DNA of 64,000 nt from Anaerovorax odorimutans (GCA_016841185.1 JAENZQ010000006.1:30717-94716), one strand, 5' to 3'; numbered from the stretch's first letter, positions 1-9,707 are shown. Notes: generated from the letters alone by a model not told the origin. Numbers and translations: made by a program.

Positions 1-136
1 TTGTAGAGCATAACAAAACTTCCTTTAAATTTATTGCGGCACTTTATTTCACAAGAGATTTTGTTTATACTCTATTATTTTATTAAAAAAATATTGAAGT
101 GTTTTATCACACCCCGACATTTATTATAGAACCACT

Positions 137-181
137 GTTTTCAAGGAATGTTTCACGTGAAACATTCCTTGAAAACTTTTT
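137..181 (+). terminator. 40-bp perfect palindrome followed by T5; probable intrinsic terminator of a gene lying upstream of the window
   Basis: gttttcaaggaatgtttcac (137-156) is the exact reverse complement of gtgaaacattccttgaaaac (157-176); ttttt follows at 177-181. Confidence 0.45.
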
Positions 182-327
182 GCTGAATACACACATATCT
201 TTTTTTGTAATTGATAATATCAAAATTAAACAGATAATATGTTATACATTGAAATGCTTTATGAATTTAATATATAATATAGTATAATACACGAAAACAG
301 GAAGCACTCTGTTAAAAGGAGAAGGCA

Positions 328-1449
328 ATGGATCAATTACTAAAAGATGAAGTCAATTCATGTTATTTTATGACACATATTTTAGAAAATATGCAGGATA
401 TGGTGCGAGTTATAGATAAAAAGGGCAATGTTGTTTTTATGAATAAGATAATGCGTGAGAGATTCGGTGATTTAGTAGGCAAAAAATGCTTTGAAGCGAT
501 TAATAAGACGCAAAAATGTTTGGACTGTATCAGTGAAAAAAGCTTAGTGTTTTTCAAGTCTTATAGTAAAGAAGAACATCTGGGTTCTAAGGTTTACTCT
601 GTAGTCAGCTCACCTGTATTTAATGAAAAAACAAAAGAGGCATATTCCGTTGAAGTTTTTAGAGACATTACAGAGCAAAAAAAAATGGAAGAAAAAATTT
701 ATGAACAATATTCTAAAATGAAAACGGATTTGAACTTTGCCAAGCAATTGCAAAACAAAATTATTCCTGAAAATGCTTTATACGGTGGATGCCTGAAGGT
801 ATCGGCAAAGTACGAACCCAGTGATTTTTTGGGGGGCGATATATTCGATATTATTGAAATCGATGATGAGCATATTGGTATTTATATAGCAGATGTATCC
901 GGACATGGTGTTAGTGCTTCCATGTTTACAATGTTTCTGAGACAAGTAATGAGAAATAAAAAGAGTAAAAAATTAATAGTAGAAGAAACCATCGATGATT
1001 TGGTTAAAAACTATAAAGAATTAAATGTTGATACAGAAACATATTTTACTGTCTTGTATGGTGTCTATAATAAAAGAAAAAAAGAAATTACATTTGTAAA
1101 TGCAGGACATAATTGCTATCCCATTATCATTCGAGGCAATGAACGAATTGAAGAAATTGATATAAACGGATTTCCTATATGTTCGATCATAGATCATTTT
1201 AAACATAAAAGCATTAAAGTAAAACTAAAAAAAGGAGACAGAATATTTCTTTATACAGATGGTATTATTGAAGCGTACAATGAAAACTTGAATCAATTTT
1301 TTGGATTTGAAAGAATCTATGATTTACTGAATTCTCAAAACAATCAATCCGGAGAAGAAATTATATCAGCTATATATCGACAGGTCAAAGATTTTACATC
1401 CGGGCATATAAAAGATGATATCGCTATGGTTTTAGTTGAACTAACTTAA
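328..1449 (+). CDS. PAS-domain PP2C/SpoIIE-family serine phosphatase (RsbU-like)
   Basis: N-terminal PAS-like region (VRVIDKKGNVVFMN, GKKCF...C..C). C-terminal PPM signature GGDIFDI and ADVSGHGVSASMFTMFL, then YTDGIIEA and DDIAMV. RBS aaaggagaag lies upstream. Confidence 0.8.
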   Translation: MDQLLKDEVNSCYFMTHILENMQDMVRVIDKKGNVVFMNKIMRERFGDLVGKKCFEAINKTQKCLDCISEKSLVFFKSYSKEEHLGSKVYSVVSSPVFNEKTKEAYSVEVFRDITEQKKMEEKIYEQYSKMKTDLNFAKQLQNKIIPENALYGGCLKVSAKYEPSDFLGGDIFDIIEIDDEHIGIYIADVSGHGVSASMFTMFLRQVMRNKKSKKLIVEETIDDLVKNYKELNVDTETYFTVLYGVYNKRKKEITFVNAGHNCYPIIIRGNERIEEIDINGFPICSIIDHFKHKSIKVKLKKGDRIFLYTDGIIEAYNENLNQFFGFERIYDLLNSQNNQSGEEIISAIYRQVKDFTSGHIKDDIAMVLVELT

Positions 1450-1467
1450 GAAAAGGTCGGATTAGGC

Positions 1468-2559
1468 ATGAAAAGAAAAAAGAAAAAAGCAAAAAAAAGA
1501 CTTTTTTTGTTTTTGTTTGTATTAATTTCATTAATTGGTACTTTGATTTATAATGTAATTGATTTTTCAAAAGAAGTTTCCTATGAAGTTCAAAAAATCA
1601 TCAATATTAAACAAACAGATTATAAATATACAGTGATTAAAAATACCATCATAACTTTAGAGAATAATGAATTAATTATTCATACGGAAAATGAGTCACA
1701 TCACCATACTTTTTCTGGTGATTTTTCTGATGCAGCACTTAACAGTATAGGAAATAAGGTTTATGTAACGGACAAGAAAAAAGGAAAGATATATATTGTT
1801 GATCTTTCAGGAAATATTTGTAACCAAATATCTTTTGATCAGAAAATTCTGAGTATTAAAGAAGATCGAGAGGAAAATTTTATAGGATTCCATGTGAGAA
1901 AGGACGATGGAACAGAGAATTTGATTTTTTTTGATGAAAATGGTACCGAAACAGGAGGTGTTAAAGGTATAAAGGGCGGCAGCATTATTGATTTTTTTAT
2001 AGATTCAGCAGAGGGTAATATTGCAATATCCATTATCACACATGAAAAAGATATAAAATCTAATATATTATTTGCAGATATTCATGGACATATTCATAGT
2101 GGTAAAATTTTCAACGATGAGATTTTTCCTTCAGTTTTTCTTATTGAAAAAGGTGGGTTGATTTGCGTTGGCGATAAAAGAATCATAAAATTGAATAGAA
2201 ATAAAGAAATTGTATGGGAAGAAAAGATAATTGCTGATAGAGCAGAGTACAGTTTCTTTAATGATGGTCTTATTGTTTGCACCTCTGAAATAGGAAAAAC
2301 AAATGTTATCATGTTGGGAACACAAAAGGATATTCGTATTTCTGAAGCAGTTAATGGTAATATTAAAGGAATAGAGTCCAATGGAAGCAGAACGATTTTG
2401 TATGGAGACAGATCCCTTTTTCTTTTAAAAAATACTTCCTTAGAAGAAACAAAATTGACAAAAGATATTATATGGGCAGATCTGCTTTCAAATGGGAACA
2501 TTATTATAGGAAGCAATAATAAAATAGAAATACTGAAAAAGGAAAGCGTTATACAATAA
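1468..2559 (+). CDS. hypothetical membrane-anchored protein (Lys-rich N-terminus plus one TM, repeat-rich extracytoplasmic part)
   Basis: 363-aa ORF beginning MKRKKKKAKKRLFLFLFVLISLIG. It follows the phosphatase gene after an 18-nt gap. No family recognised with confidence. Confidence 0.55.
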   Translation: MKRKKKKAKKRLFLFLFVLISLIGTLIYNVIDFSKEVSYEVQKIINIKQTDYKYTVIKNTIITLENNELIIHTENESHHHTFSGDFSDAALNSIGNKVYVTDKKKGKIYIVDLSGNICNQISFDQKILSIKEDREENFIGFHVRKDDGTENLIFFDENGTETGGVKGIKGGSIIDFFIDSAEGNIAISIITHEKDIKSNILFADIHGHIHSGKIFNDEIFPSVFLIEKGGLICVGDKRIIKLNRNKEIVWEEKIIADRAEYSFFNDGLIVCTSEIGKTNVIMLGTQKDIRISEAVNGNIKGIESNGSRTILYGDRSLFLLKNTSLEETKLTKDIIWADLLSNGNIIIGSNNKIEILKKESVIQ

Positions 2560-3102
2560 TTATTTGTTTTCATCAATTCCTTTATTTGCTAAGGCATCTA
2601 CGCGATGATTCATTTTCACGATTTCAATGAATTCGGATTTACTGAAAAGGTCACCATTCCATTCGACAAATTTTTGATACCATCTATTTATATCAGTATT
2701 TGGATGATTTAGATTCAGGTGTCCTTTTACCCTGAAAAAGTGAATATGATGCTTCTGTATATGCTTTATGAGCTGTTCCCATAAGTCTCGGTTTTCCACA
2801 GGTGTTTTATTGGAGGTTGTCCAGTTATTGATTAACCATTTTTCGTACCATTTTTCTCTGAAACAGTTCATTAAATATGAACTGTCGGAAAAAACATATA
2901 TGTCCAGGTTGTTCTTTTTCAAAGATTCCATAGCATGGAGCAAGGCCTTCATTTCCATACGGTTATTGGTAGTATTTATCTCGCCGCCATATATTTCTTT
3001 TAAATGAGGACCGTACTCCAAAATGGCACCCCATCCTCCGATATTCTCCGTATTTTGGTTTCCTGAACAGGCACCATCCGTATGTATTTTTACAATATTC
3101 AT
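2560..3102 (-). CDS. rnhA: ribonuclease HI
   Basis: IHTDGACSGNQ, TNNRMEMKA, VFSDSSY, VKGH and ADALAN motifs in the order typical of RNase H1. Confidence 0.85.
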   Translation of the reverse strand: MNIVKIHTDGACSGNQNTENIGGWGAILEYGPHLKEIYGGEINTTNNRMEMKALLHAMESLKKNNLDIYVFSDSSYLMNCFREKWYEKWLINNWTTSNKTPVENRDLWEQLIKHIQKHHIHFFRVKGHLNLNHPNTDINRWYQKFVEWNGDLFSKSEFIEIVKMNHRVDALANKGIDENK

Positions 3103-3319
3103 TTTATCACCTTCAGTTTTTCGGTACGGTATTTGAAATGATATAATAGATTATAACAAAAAATCACCATTAAAAACTAAATATATTAATAAAATAATGG
3201 AATCCTATCAAAAAAACGTTATGTGTTAATAAAATGAAGATATTTTAAAGGGCTCCCCAGTTTTGGAGCAGCCAGGTTGCCCCTTAAAAATCTGTCTATG
3301 TTCTTGTCATAACCTGTTT

Positions 3320-3532
3320 TTAAAAGCCGCAATTGCAGAAAAGAATGACCAGTAATAAGAAGAAGAACAAGAGGCTTGAGTCTCCATCTCCTATACCATT
3401 GCCAATTCCGCCGATTCTGTCTAAAAAATCACCGTTGCAGAAAAGAACGACAAGCAACAAGAAAAAGAATAGTAATGATGCGTTGTCATCATCGCCTAAT
3501 CCGCCAAGAAGTCCTTGTTTTTCAGTACTCAT
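3320..3532 (-). CDS. 70-aa small hydrophobic protein made of two tandem copies of a Gly/Asp-rich plus LLFFFLLLV(V/I)LFCN module (reminiscent of YjcZ-type tiny sporulation membrane proteins)
   Basis: The start is moved to the internal ATG at 3532, which is preceded by ggaggg plus 6 nt. Modules S19-F36 and S53-F70 are nearly identical (34-aa, 102-nt period). The overlapping plus-strand ORF 3333-3635 has no RBS. Confidence 0.55.
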   Translation of the reverse strand: MSTEKQGLLGGLGDDDNASLLFFFLLLVVLFCNGDFLDRIGGIGNGIGDGDSSLLFFFLLLVILFCNCGF

Positions 3533-3762
3533 AACTTTCCCTCCAATTTGCATAATATATTTTAACAGTTTAATATATATTATGGGAAAAAGAGAAAAGT
3601 GTTACAATGTAAATTATAAGAGATTATTTACATAAATAAAATATCTGAAGTGAAAAAAAGATTGTATTAATGTAAATATATTTTAAAGCATCTGTAATTA
3701 GTTTGTAATATATTTTTTATATAATTCAATTAAGGTGTATGATATTATTGGAGGAAAAGCTT

Positions 3763-4344
3763 ATGAAGAGGCTTATTACATACATATTAATAGTTATGGT
3801 TTTATTCACATCAACAACCCTTATGGGTTTTGCAAGCGGTGATTTGGAAAACCAGAATATAGAAGTCCTGGAAATAATCAGTCCGTCGGAGGATGTTATT
3901 TATTCAAATAACTTACTGATATCTGTAAAGGTCCCGAATGAAAAATCTTTCAGGTTTACTTTGTATGCAGATGATACAATTGAAGGTATTGAAAACATCA
4001 AAGTAAATACAATGATTTCTTCCGGTGCTATAACCGTTACGGAGAGTACTGAGAAAAAGGAATTAGCAGACAATGTTATTGTATATGGTTCGGTAGAAGT
4101 AACTACAACGGGAGATTTCAGTTTCTATACCCTTCAGCTGGAGGAACTGATACCGGGAGAATATCAGATTATGATTGAGGAATTTGGCAACAGTAACGAT
4201 TCCGTTAACTTCACCATTTTAAAAAGCTTTGAAATAAAAGATGAAAGTGAAAGGCCTGAGGACCAACCGAATCCTGAAATATTTAAAGATGAAAAAACAA
4301 AGGGAATACTCGAGAACCTGATCAAAAGCATATTTGGAGATTAA
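3763..4344 (+). CDS. hypothetical secreted or membrane-anchored protein
   Basis: The ATG at 3763 is preceded by ggagga. The N-terminus MKRLITYILIVMVLFTSTTLMGFASG looks like a signal peptide. The gene lies 12 nt upstream of the yycH-like gene. Confidence 0.6.
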   Translation: MKRLITYILIVMVLFTSTTLMGFASGDLENQNIEVLEIISPSEDVIYSNNLLISVKVPNEKSFRFTLYADDTIEGIENIKVNTMISSGAITVTESTEKKELADNVIVYGSVEVTTTGDFSFYTLQLEELIPGEYQIMIEEFGNSNDSVNFTILKSFEIKDESERPEDQPNPEIFKDEKTKGILENLIKSIFGD

Positions 4345-4356
4345 GAGGCGAAAAAC

Positions 4357-5844
4357 ATGAAGATTTTCTCTGAAAAAGAAAAAATAAAAACTTTATCTAT
4401 AGTAGTATTGTTTTGTATCACGATACTACTATTATATTTTATATGGGAAGACAGCATATTTAAACAAGATACTTTTTCATTAAATACTGCTGATTCTGAA
4501 GAAAAGGACGAAATGACTCTGAATACAAATGACTTTTTGGAACCGTTTCGGCTCCGTATTAATTTTGGCGGAGGGAAATATACTGTTTTATATACGGGTT
4601 TTAGTAATGTTTGGGATAATTTTGTTTCGGCCTATTGTGAGTCGTCACAACATGAAGTGTATATTGAAGAAATTCTACCATCTCAATGGAATGAAGTACT
4701 CAACTACAAGTCTATAAAATTTGATTTTGGTGCGAATATACCCTTTAATGCCATCACAGACATAATGAATGCCAATAGAACGCAGGCAAATGAAGCCATT
4801 GAAATATTTTCTTCGGCAGCGTATTCCTCAGTAAGCCCCGGAAGCTTCTTTATCTATGACGATAAGAATAATAAATATTATCAAATTGTATGTGAAAAAG
4901 AATATAAAGATATCTTTGAATCTATTTCAGAAATAGAAAACCGCAACGTTTATGATATATATTATCCCATTAACACCTTCTTTGGTGTCGGAAATAATAA
5001 TCTGATGCCGCATTCATTAAAAAACAGCATCCAGGAGATTTCAGGAGAACAGGAGATTCATTACTACGAAACAGACAAGATTAATGCCATAGCCGAAACT
5101 TTTTTTGGAGAAAGCTTTGATTTTGTAAGAAAAATAGTCGAGACCAACGGTACGGTTATTTATATGTATGGATATGGGCAGAAAATGCTTATAGTGGACC
5201 GTAAAGGGTTTTTTGAATACAAAGAAGAAGTAACAAATATGAATAACAGTTCCGACAGCTATTTGAAATCTCTTTCCAGAGCAATAGACTTTGTTAAGGA
5301 TCACGGCAATTGGAAAACCTTAAACGGTACAAATATCTATCCGTATTTAAAAAATTCCATCGCTGTTGAAAAGAATAATAGAACAGGATACAGATTCATT
5401 TTTCAATATCGTATAAACGGGTACCCGGTTTCCTATCAAGGTAATAACTGTGCACTGGAAGTAGAAGTTATAGGAAACCGGATAACTTATTATAAGAGGT
5501 ATCTTTTAAATCAGAAAGACACGCTTCAGTATATGACCAATAATAATCAAGACCTGAAAAGTAATATTATGTCTACGGTAAATATACTAAACAACAGCTA
5601 TGAATATATAAAAGAAGCCTATATTCAAGAAGGGCATGATTTTGGAGAAAAAACAAAAATAGAAATTTTTAATGAAGTTGTCGGATTAATAAACAGGGTT
5701 GATGTAGGTTATTTTTCATATGAAAGAAAGCAAACTGAAGAGGAGATACAGCTGATACCTGTATGGATTTTTACTACAGATCAATATGAATTTTTCTTTG
5801 ATGCACGATCGGGAAATCCCATAGACTGGAATGCATTAAGATAG
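4357..5844 (+). CDS. YycH-like regulatory protein (single N-terminal TM, large extracytoplasmic domain)
   Basis: Size (495 aa), topology and position immediately upstream of a YycI-like gene and yycJ. No strong sequence motif, so the call is mainly contextual. Confidence 0.45.
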   Translation: MKIFSEKEKIKTLSIVVLFCITILLLYFIWEDSIFKQDTFSLNTADSEEKDEMTLNTNDFLEPFRLRINFGGGKYTVLYTGFSNVWDNFVSAYCESSQHEVYIEEILPSQWNEVLNYKSIKFDFGANIPFNAITDIMNANRTQANEAIEIFSSAAYSSVSPGSFFIYDDKNNKYYQIVCEKEYKDIFESISEIENRNVYDIYYPINTFFGVGNNNLMPHSLKNSIQEISGEQEIHYYETDKINAIAETFFGESFDFVRKIVETNGTVIYMYGYGQKMLIVDRKGFFEYKEEVTNMNNSSDSYLKSLSRAIDFVKDHGNWKTLNGTNIYPYLKNSIAVEKNNRTGYRFIFQYRINGYPVSYQGNNCALEVEVIGNRITYYKRYLLNQKDTLQYMTNNNQDLKSNIMSTVNILNNSYEYIKEAYIQEGHDFGEKTKIEIFNEVVGLINRVDVGYFSYERKQTEEEIQLIPVWIFTTDQYEFFFDARSGNPIDWNALR

Positions 5845-5854
5845 GAGAGGTCTT

Positions 5855-6595
5855 ATGGACTGGACGAAAGCAAAAACTATTTTAATAGCTGCACTTATTG
5901 TAACGAATATTATTCTGGGTATTTTTGTTTTTATTGAAAAAAAGGATAACCAGGAAATATATTCAGAAGTGATAGAAGAAACAGTTAACTTTCTGAAAAA
6001 CAGAAACATCTTTATTTATTCTAAAATTCCTGAGAGTATCAAGAAAATGCCTGTTCTTGAAGTGGAATATGTTAATTTCCCTATTGAAAACATAGACGAA
6101 AAAATCAGCGAAGAAGAAATACAATTAAACCAAACACTATCCGACGATGAAGCAGTTCAATTGGCCTGGGACTTTTTAGAACGAAATGATTTGATGAATG
6201 AAAATGTTCACTTGGAAAGCATAAAGAAAGACGTGAATGGGTATTTAATCCTCTATAAAAATTACTACAAAGATATTTTATTAGAAGAATGTTATATGAA
6301 GTTTGTAATAAACAAAGGCAAAATCGCTTCTTTTGAACGAGAGTGGTATTACCCGATAAAGGCAGGAGAAAACAAAAAGAGGACGATTCCTGCTACGACA
6401 GCATTGCTGAAGTTTGCCAGCCAGAAAGAAAATTTAAACGAGGAGATTGTTATTACTGATATTGAGCTGGTATACTGGTTAGAGGACAATTCATTGTTAA
6501 ATGTGGAGAACACGACTTCGGATACGGCTCTTCCGGCCTGGAAGATCAGTTTTAATAATGGCGAAAAAAAATATATTAATGCATATGAGGACTGA
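5855..6595 (+). CDS. YycI-like two-component-system regulatory protein
   Basis: The N-terminus MDWTKAKTILIAALIVTNIILGIFVF matches the characteristic MDW.K.K..F...F..LN.FL start of YycI. Length 246 aa, with gene order yycH-yycI-yycJ. Confidence 0.6.
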   Translation: MDWTKAKTILIAALIVTNIILGIFVFIEKKDNQEIYSEVIEETVNFLKNRNIFIYSKIPESIKKMPVLEVEYVNFPIENIDEKISEEEIQLNQTLSDDEAVQLAWDFLERNDLMNENVHLESIKKDVNGYLILYKNYYKDILLEECYMKFVINKGKIASFEREWYYPIKAGENKKRTIPATTALLKFASQKENLNEEIVITDIELVYWLEDNSLLNVENTTSDTALPAWKISFNNGEKKYINAYED

Positions 6596-6680
6596 TGATT
6601 TAACAATTGATGTGTTTGATTTTATTGTTAAAAAATGCTTATACTAATGCATTGAGATTATTGAAAAAGTTAATATATAA

Positions 6681-6759
6681 TCTTCTTTTGAATAAACCTG
6701 TATAAATAATCATCCGTATCGAATTTGGAGAAAAGGATATATATATATAGGCTTATTCA
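6681..6759. repeat. copy 1 (degenerate) of a dispersed ~80-nt hairpin element
   Basis: tcttcttttgaataaacctgtataaataatcatccgtatcgaatttgg matches the reverse complement of 56551-56632 at 45 of the first 48 aligned positions; the rest aligns with small indels. Confidence 0.65.
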
Positions 6760-6877
6760 TTTTTAACTGATGCAAAGAGTTTTTCAACAGTCTGATTTTT
6801 ATTTTTCAAATAATTGTCACAGAATTGTCTAATAATTGATTTTATAATATAATAGGCATTGAAATATGGAGGACAGC

Positions 6878-7711
6878 ATGGAATTATTGTTTTGTTCAAT
6901 TGCAAGCGGGAGCAGCGGGAATTGTTATTTAATAGCATCCAAAGAGACGAAAATACTTTTAGATGCAGGTATTTCCGGAAAAAGAATCATCCAGGGACTT
7001 ACTGCCATTGGTGTAGATTGCCGGGAAATAACTGCAATATTGATTACCCATGAGCATATTGACCATGTAAAAGGCGCAGGTATTATTTCCAGAAAGAATG
7101 ATATTCCTATTTTTGCAAATGCCAAAACATGGGAAAAAATGGAGGGGAGCATTGGTAAGATTGACGCAAAGAATAAAAGACTTTTTTTTACAGGAGAGAC
7201 TTTTGATTTAAATGATTTTTTGATAAAATCTTATTCTATTCCTCACGATGCTGCAGACCCGGTAGGCTTTTCAATTTACAAAGAGGATCTTCAAATTAGT
7301 GTTGCCACAGATATCGGAGATATGACAGAAGATATATTTAATGAAATATCTAATGCCGATTTTCTTGTTTTAGAGGCCAACCATGATATAGAGATGCTAA
7401 AGATGGGGCGGTATCCCTGGTATCTTAAGCAACGCATCTTAAGCAGCATCGGACATCTATCCAATGTAGATGCAGGAAAAACCCTTATAAAAATTCTTAA
7501 AAAGGATAATAAAGAAAGGCAGGTATTGCTTGCGCATTTGAGCCATGAAAATAATTTCCCTGAAATGGCTTATCAGACTATAAAAAATATTCTTGAAGAA
7601 GAACGGTATTATATCGGAAAAGATATACTGATACATACTGCTCTTAGAGAGCAGATAAGTGAAATTTACAGCATAAGAAAACAAGAGAGGTGTTACTATG
7701 GATCATTATGA
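6878..7711 (+). CDS. yycJ: MBL-fold metallo-hydrolase, YycJ/WalJ type
   Basis: HEHIDH (HxHxDH) motif and N-terminus MELLFCSIASGSSGNC, like YycJ. The start is taken at the ATG at 6878 behind ggagga. Confidence 0.8.
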   Translation: MELLFCSIASGSSGNCYLIASKETKILLDAGISGKRIIQGLTAIGVDCREITAILITHEHIDHVKGAGIISRKNDIPIFANAKTWEKMEGSIGKIDAKNKRLFFTGETFDLNDFLIKSYSIPHDAADPVGFSIYKEDLQISVATDIGDMTEDIFNEISNADFLVLEANHDIEMLKMGRYPWYLKQRILSSIGHLSNVDAGKTLIKILKKDNKERQVLLAHLSHENNFPEMAYQTIKNILEEERYYIGKDILIHTALREQISEIYSIRKQERCYYGSL

Positions 7712-8900
7712 AAACAAGGATCACGATGCAATAAAGCATCTTCTCAATGAAGAATACGATGATTCTAAAGTTCATGAAAAAATAATCATAGAAAATACAA
7801 AGAAAAAGAAGAAAAATATTTCTGTCATTACGCTTATTATCTTATCTTTGGTTTTTGGCTTGTTTGGAGGGGCAATGTCCTATTTTGCTATGCCTTTTCT
7901 GATGGGGGAGACTGTAGATGAACAAGTCCCGAATAACATACAGATACAAACAAATAATGTACCTTTAGATGCTGCTGCAGCTGTTGCAGAGAAGGTCATG
8001 CCTTCAGTGGTTGGAATATCTACAGAGATCGTATACTCTGATTTTTTTGGAAAAAGAATAGGAGAAGGAGTAGGGACCGGCGTTATTGTAGATAAAAATG
8101 GTTATATTCTTACCAATTCCCATGTTGTAAACAATGGTGATATGAATGCCCTTATGGTACTTCTTTATGATGGTCGTGAGCTTAAAGGAGAATTGCTCTG
8201 GAATGACCCGGTCATCGATTTGGCTATTGTTAAAATTGATGCTCAAAATTTAACTCCGGCAGAACTTGCCGATTCAGACAATCTCAAAGTTGGTCAATAT
8301 GCTGTTGCCATTGGCAATCCATTAGGATTCCAGTTTGAAAGAACAGTAACATCGGGGATTATAAGCGGTTTAAACAGAACTATACCTGTTAGTAATTATG
8401 AATCCATTGAAGGACTTATTCAGACGGACGCCTCCATTAACCCGGGAAACAGCGGTGGACCATTATTAAATCAAAAAGGTCAGGTAATAGGGATCAATAC
8501 TGCAAAAATACAATCCGGAGAAGGATTAGGCTTTGCAATTCCTATAAACATTGCACAGCCCATCGTTAACGAATTTAAAGAAAAAGGAGAATTCAGAAAA
8601 GCGGTTATCGGTATCAGAGGTGTTGATGTTGAACAATATTTGCAAAGCTTTGAAGAAGATCTCGGAGTGGAAGACGGAGTCTATATCTATCAGATTTTTA
8701 CAGATTCTCCTGCATCAAAGGCCGGACTAAAAGAGGGAGATATTATTACTAAAGTCGATGATAAAGAGATTACCAGTATGTCTCAATTGGTCAGCAAACT
8801 GTATCAATACAGGCCTGGGGATACCGTTAAACTTGAAATTGTAAGAGATAAAATAGCCAAAGAAGTGGATATTATACTGGGTTCCGCTACAGACATATAA
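7698..8900 (+). CDS. htrA: HtrA/DegP-family serine protease with N-terminal TM and C-terminal PDZ domain (YycK/HtrC position)
   Basis: Catalytic-triad context TNSHVV, DLAIVKI and GNSGGPL. PDZ-like GLKEGDIITKVDDKEI. Overlaps the yycJ end by 14 nt. Confidence 0.85.
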   Translation: MDHYENKDHDAIKHLLNEEYDDSKVHEKIIIENTKKKKKNISVITLIILSLVFGLFGGAMSYFAMPFLMGETVDEQVPNNIQIQTNNVPLDAAAAVAEKVMPSVVGISTEIVYSDFFGKRIGEGVGTGVIVDKNGYILTNSHVVNNGDMNALMVLLYDGRELKGELLWNDPVIDLAIVKIDAQNLTPAELADSDNLKVGQYAVAIGNPLGFQFERTVTSGIISGLNRTIPVSNYESIEGLIQTDASINPGNSGGPLLNQKGQVIGINTAKIQSGEGLGFAIPINIAQPIVNEFKEKGEFRKAVIGIRGVDVEQYLQSFEEDLGVEDGVYIYQIFTDSPASKAGLKEGDIITKVDDKEITSMSQLVSKLYQYRPGDTVKLEIVRDKIAKEVDIILGSATDI

Positions 8901-8912
8901 AAAAAGATTAAT

Positions 8913-8946
8913 AAACTTAGCAGGATTTCTTCCTGCTAAGTTTAAT
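8913..8946 (+). terminator. intrinsic terminator after htrA
   Basis: cttagcagga (8916-8925) pairs perfectly with tcctgctaag (8931-8940), and ttt follows. Confidence 0.6.
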
Positions 8947-8993
8947 TTGTAGTATCAGAAAGTTCAAGTGTCTGTTGGCAGAAAAGGAAATAG

Positions 8994-9476
8994 ATGATGA
9001 ATATAACTATTTTTTGTGTCGGAAAAATAAAAAAAGGATTTCTGTCGGATGGTGTTAAAGAATATATTAATAGATTAAATAATTATTGTAATTTGTCGAT
9101 TTATGAATCCAAAGAAGAAAAAGCACCGGAAAACTTATCAGAATCAGAAATGGATATGGTTAAAAAGATAGAAGGGACAAACCTCCTGAAATATATAAAA
9201 GAAGATATGTATGTTATTGTCCTGGATATCATGGGTAAACAGCTTTCTTCAGAAAAATTAGCCAAAAAGATAGAGGGGCTATGTATACAGGGAAAAAGCA
9301 ATATCGCTTTCATCATAGGCGGTTCTCTGGGATTATCGGAAGAAGTCTTAAAAAGAGCAGACTTTCGGCTTTCCTTCTCGCCGATGACCTTTCCGCACCA
9401 GCTTATGAGACTTATCCTGTTAGAGCAAATCTACCGAAGCTTCAAAATCATCAAAAATGAACCGTATCATAAATAG
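8994..9476 (+). CDS. rlmH: 23S rRNA (pseudouridine1915-N3)-methyltransferase
   Basis: 160-aa SPOUT protein with MNITIFCVGKIK start, IGGSLGLSEEVL and SFSPMTFPHQLMRLILLEQIYR. Confidence 0.9.
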   Translation: MMNITIFCVGKIKKGFLSDGVKEYINRLNNYCNLSIYESKEEKAPENLSESEMDMVKKIEGTNLLKYIKEDMYVIVLDIMGKQLSSEKLAKKIEGLCIQGKSNIAFIIGGSLGLSEEVLKRADFRLSFSPMTFPHQLMRLILLEQIYRSFKIIKNEPYHK

Positions 9477-9707
9477 CGATGGTAGTTCAATTGAATTGTA
9501 ATTGGGTCAAGTCGTACCAGAGTTTCTTTTTATACGTGCTTATGATAAGACTGGTGTTTTTTGATCAATAAAGGGTGGAACTGAATAAATTGGATAAATT
9601 TATATTTTGTGATACAATATTTTTAATAAGCTTCCAAATAATATCTTCTAAGAATTATTCAACCAAAAGCAAACGAATGTTATTTAAAAAAAATATAGGA
9701 GGATGCA

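Noticed and set aside
99-287. 62-aa ORF at the window start
   Set aside because: It spans the 40-bp palindrome/terminator and AT-rich promoter-like DNA. It has no RBS and an implausible composition.
3333-3635. 100-aa plus-strand ORF (Lys/Ser/Pro-rich)
   Set aside because: It is the mirror frame of the duplicated hydrophobic gene. It has no RBS, and its repeats only reflect the 102-nt DNA duplication. The minus-strand frame has the RBS and a coherent membrane-protein pattern.
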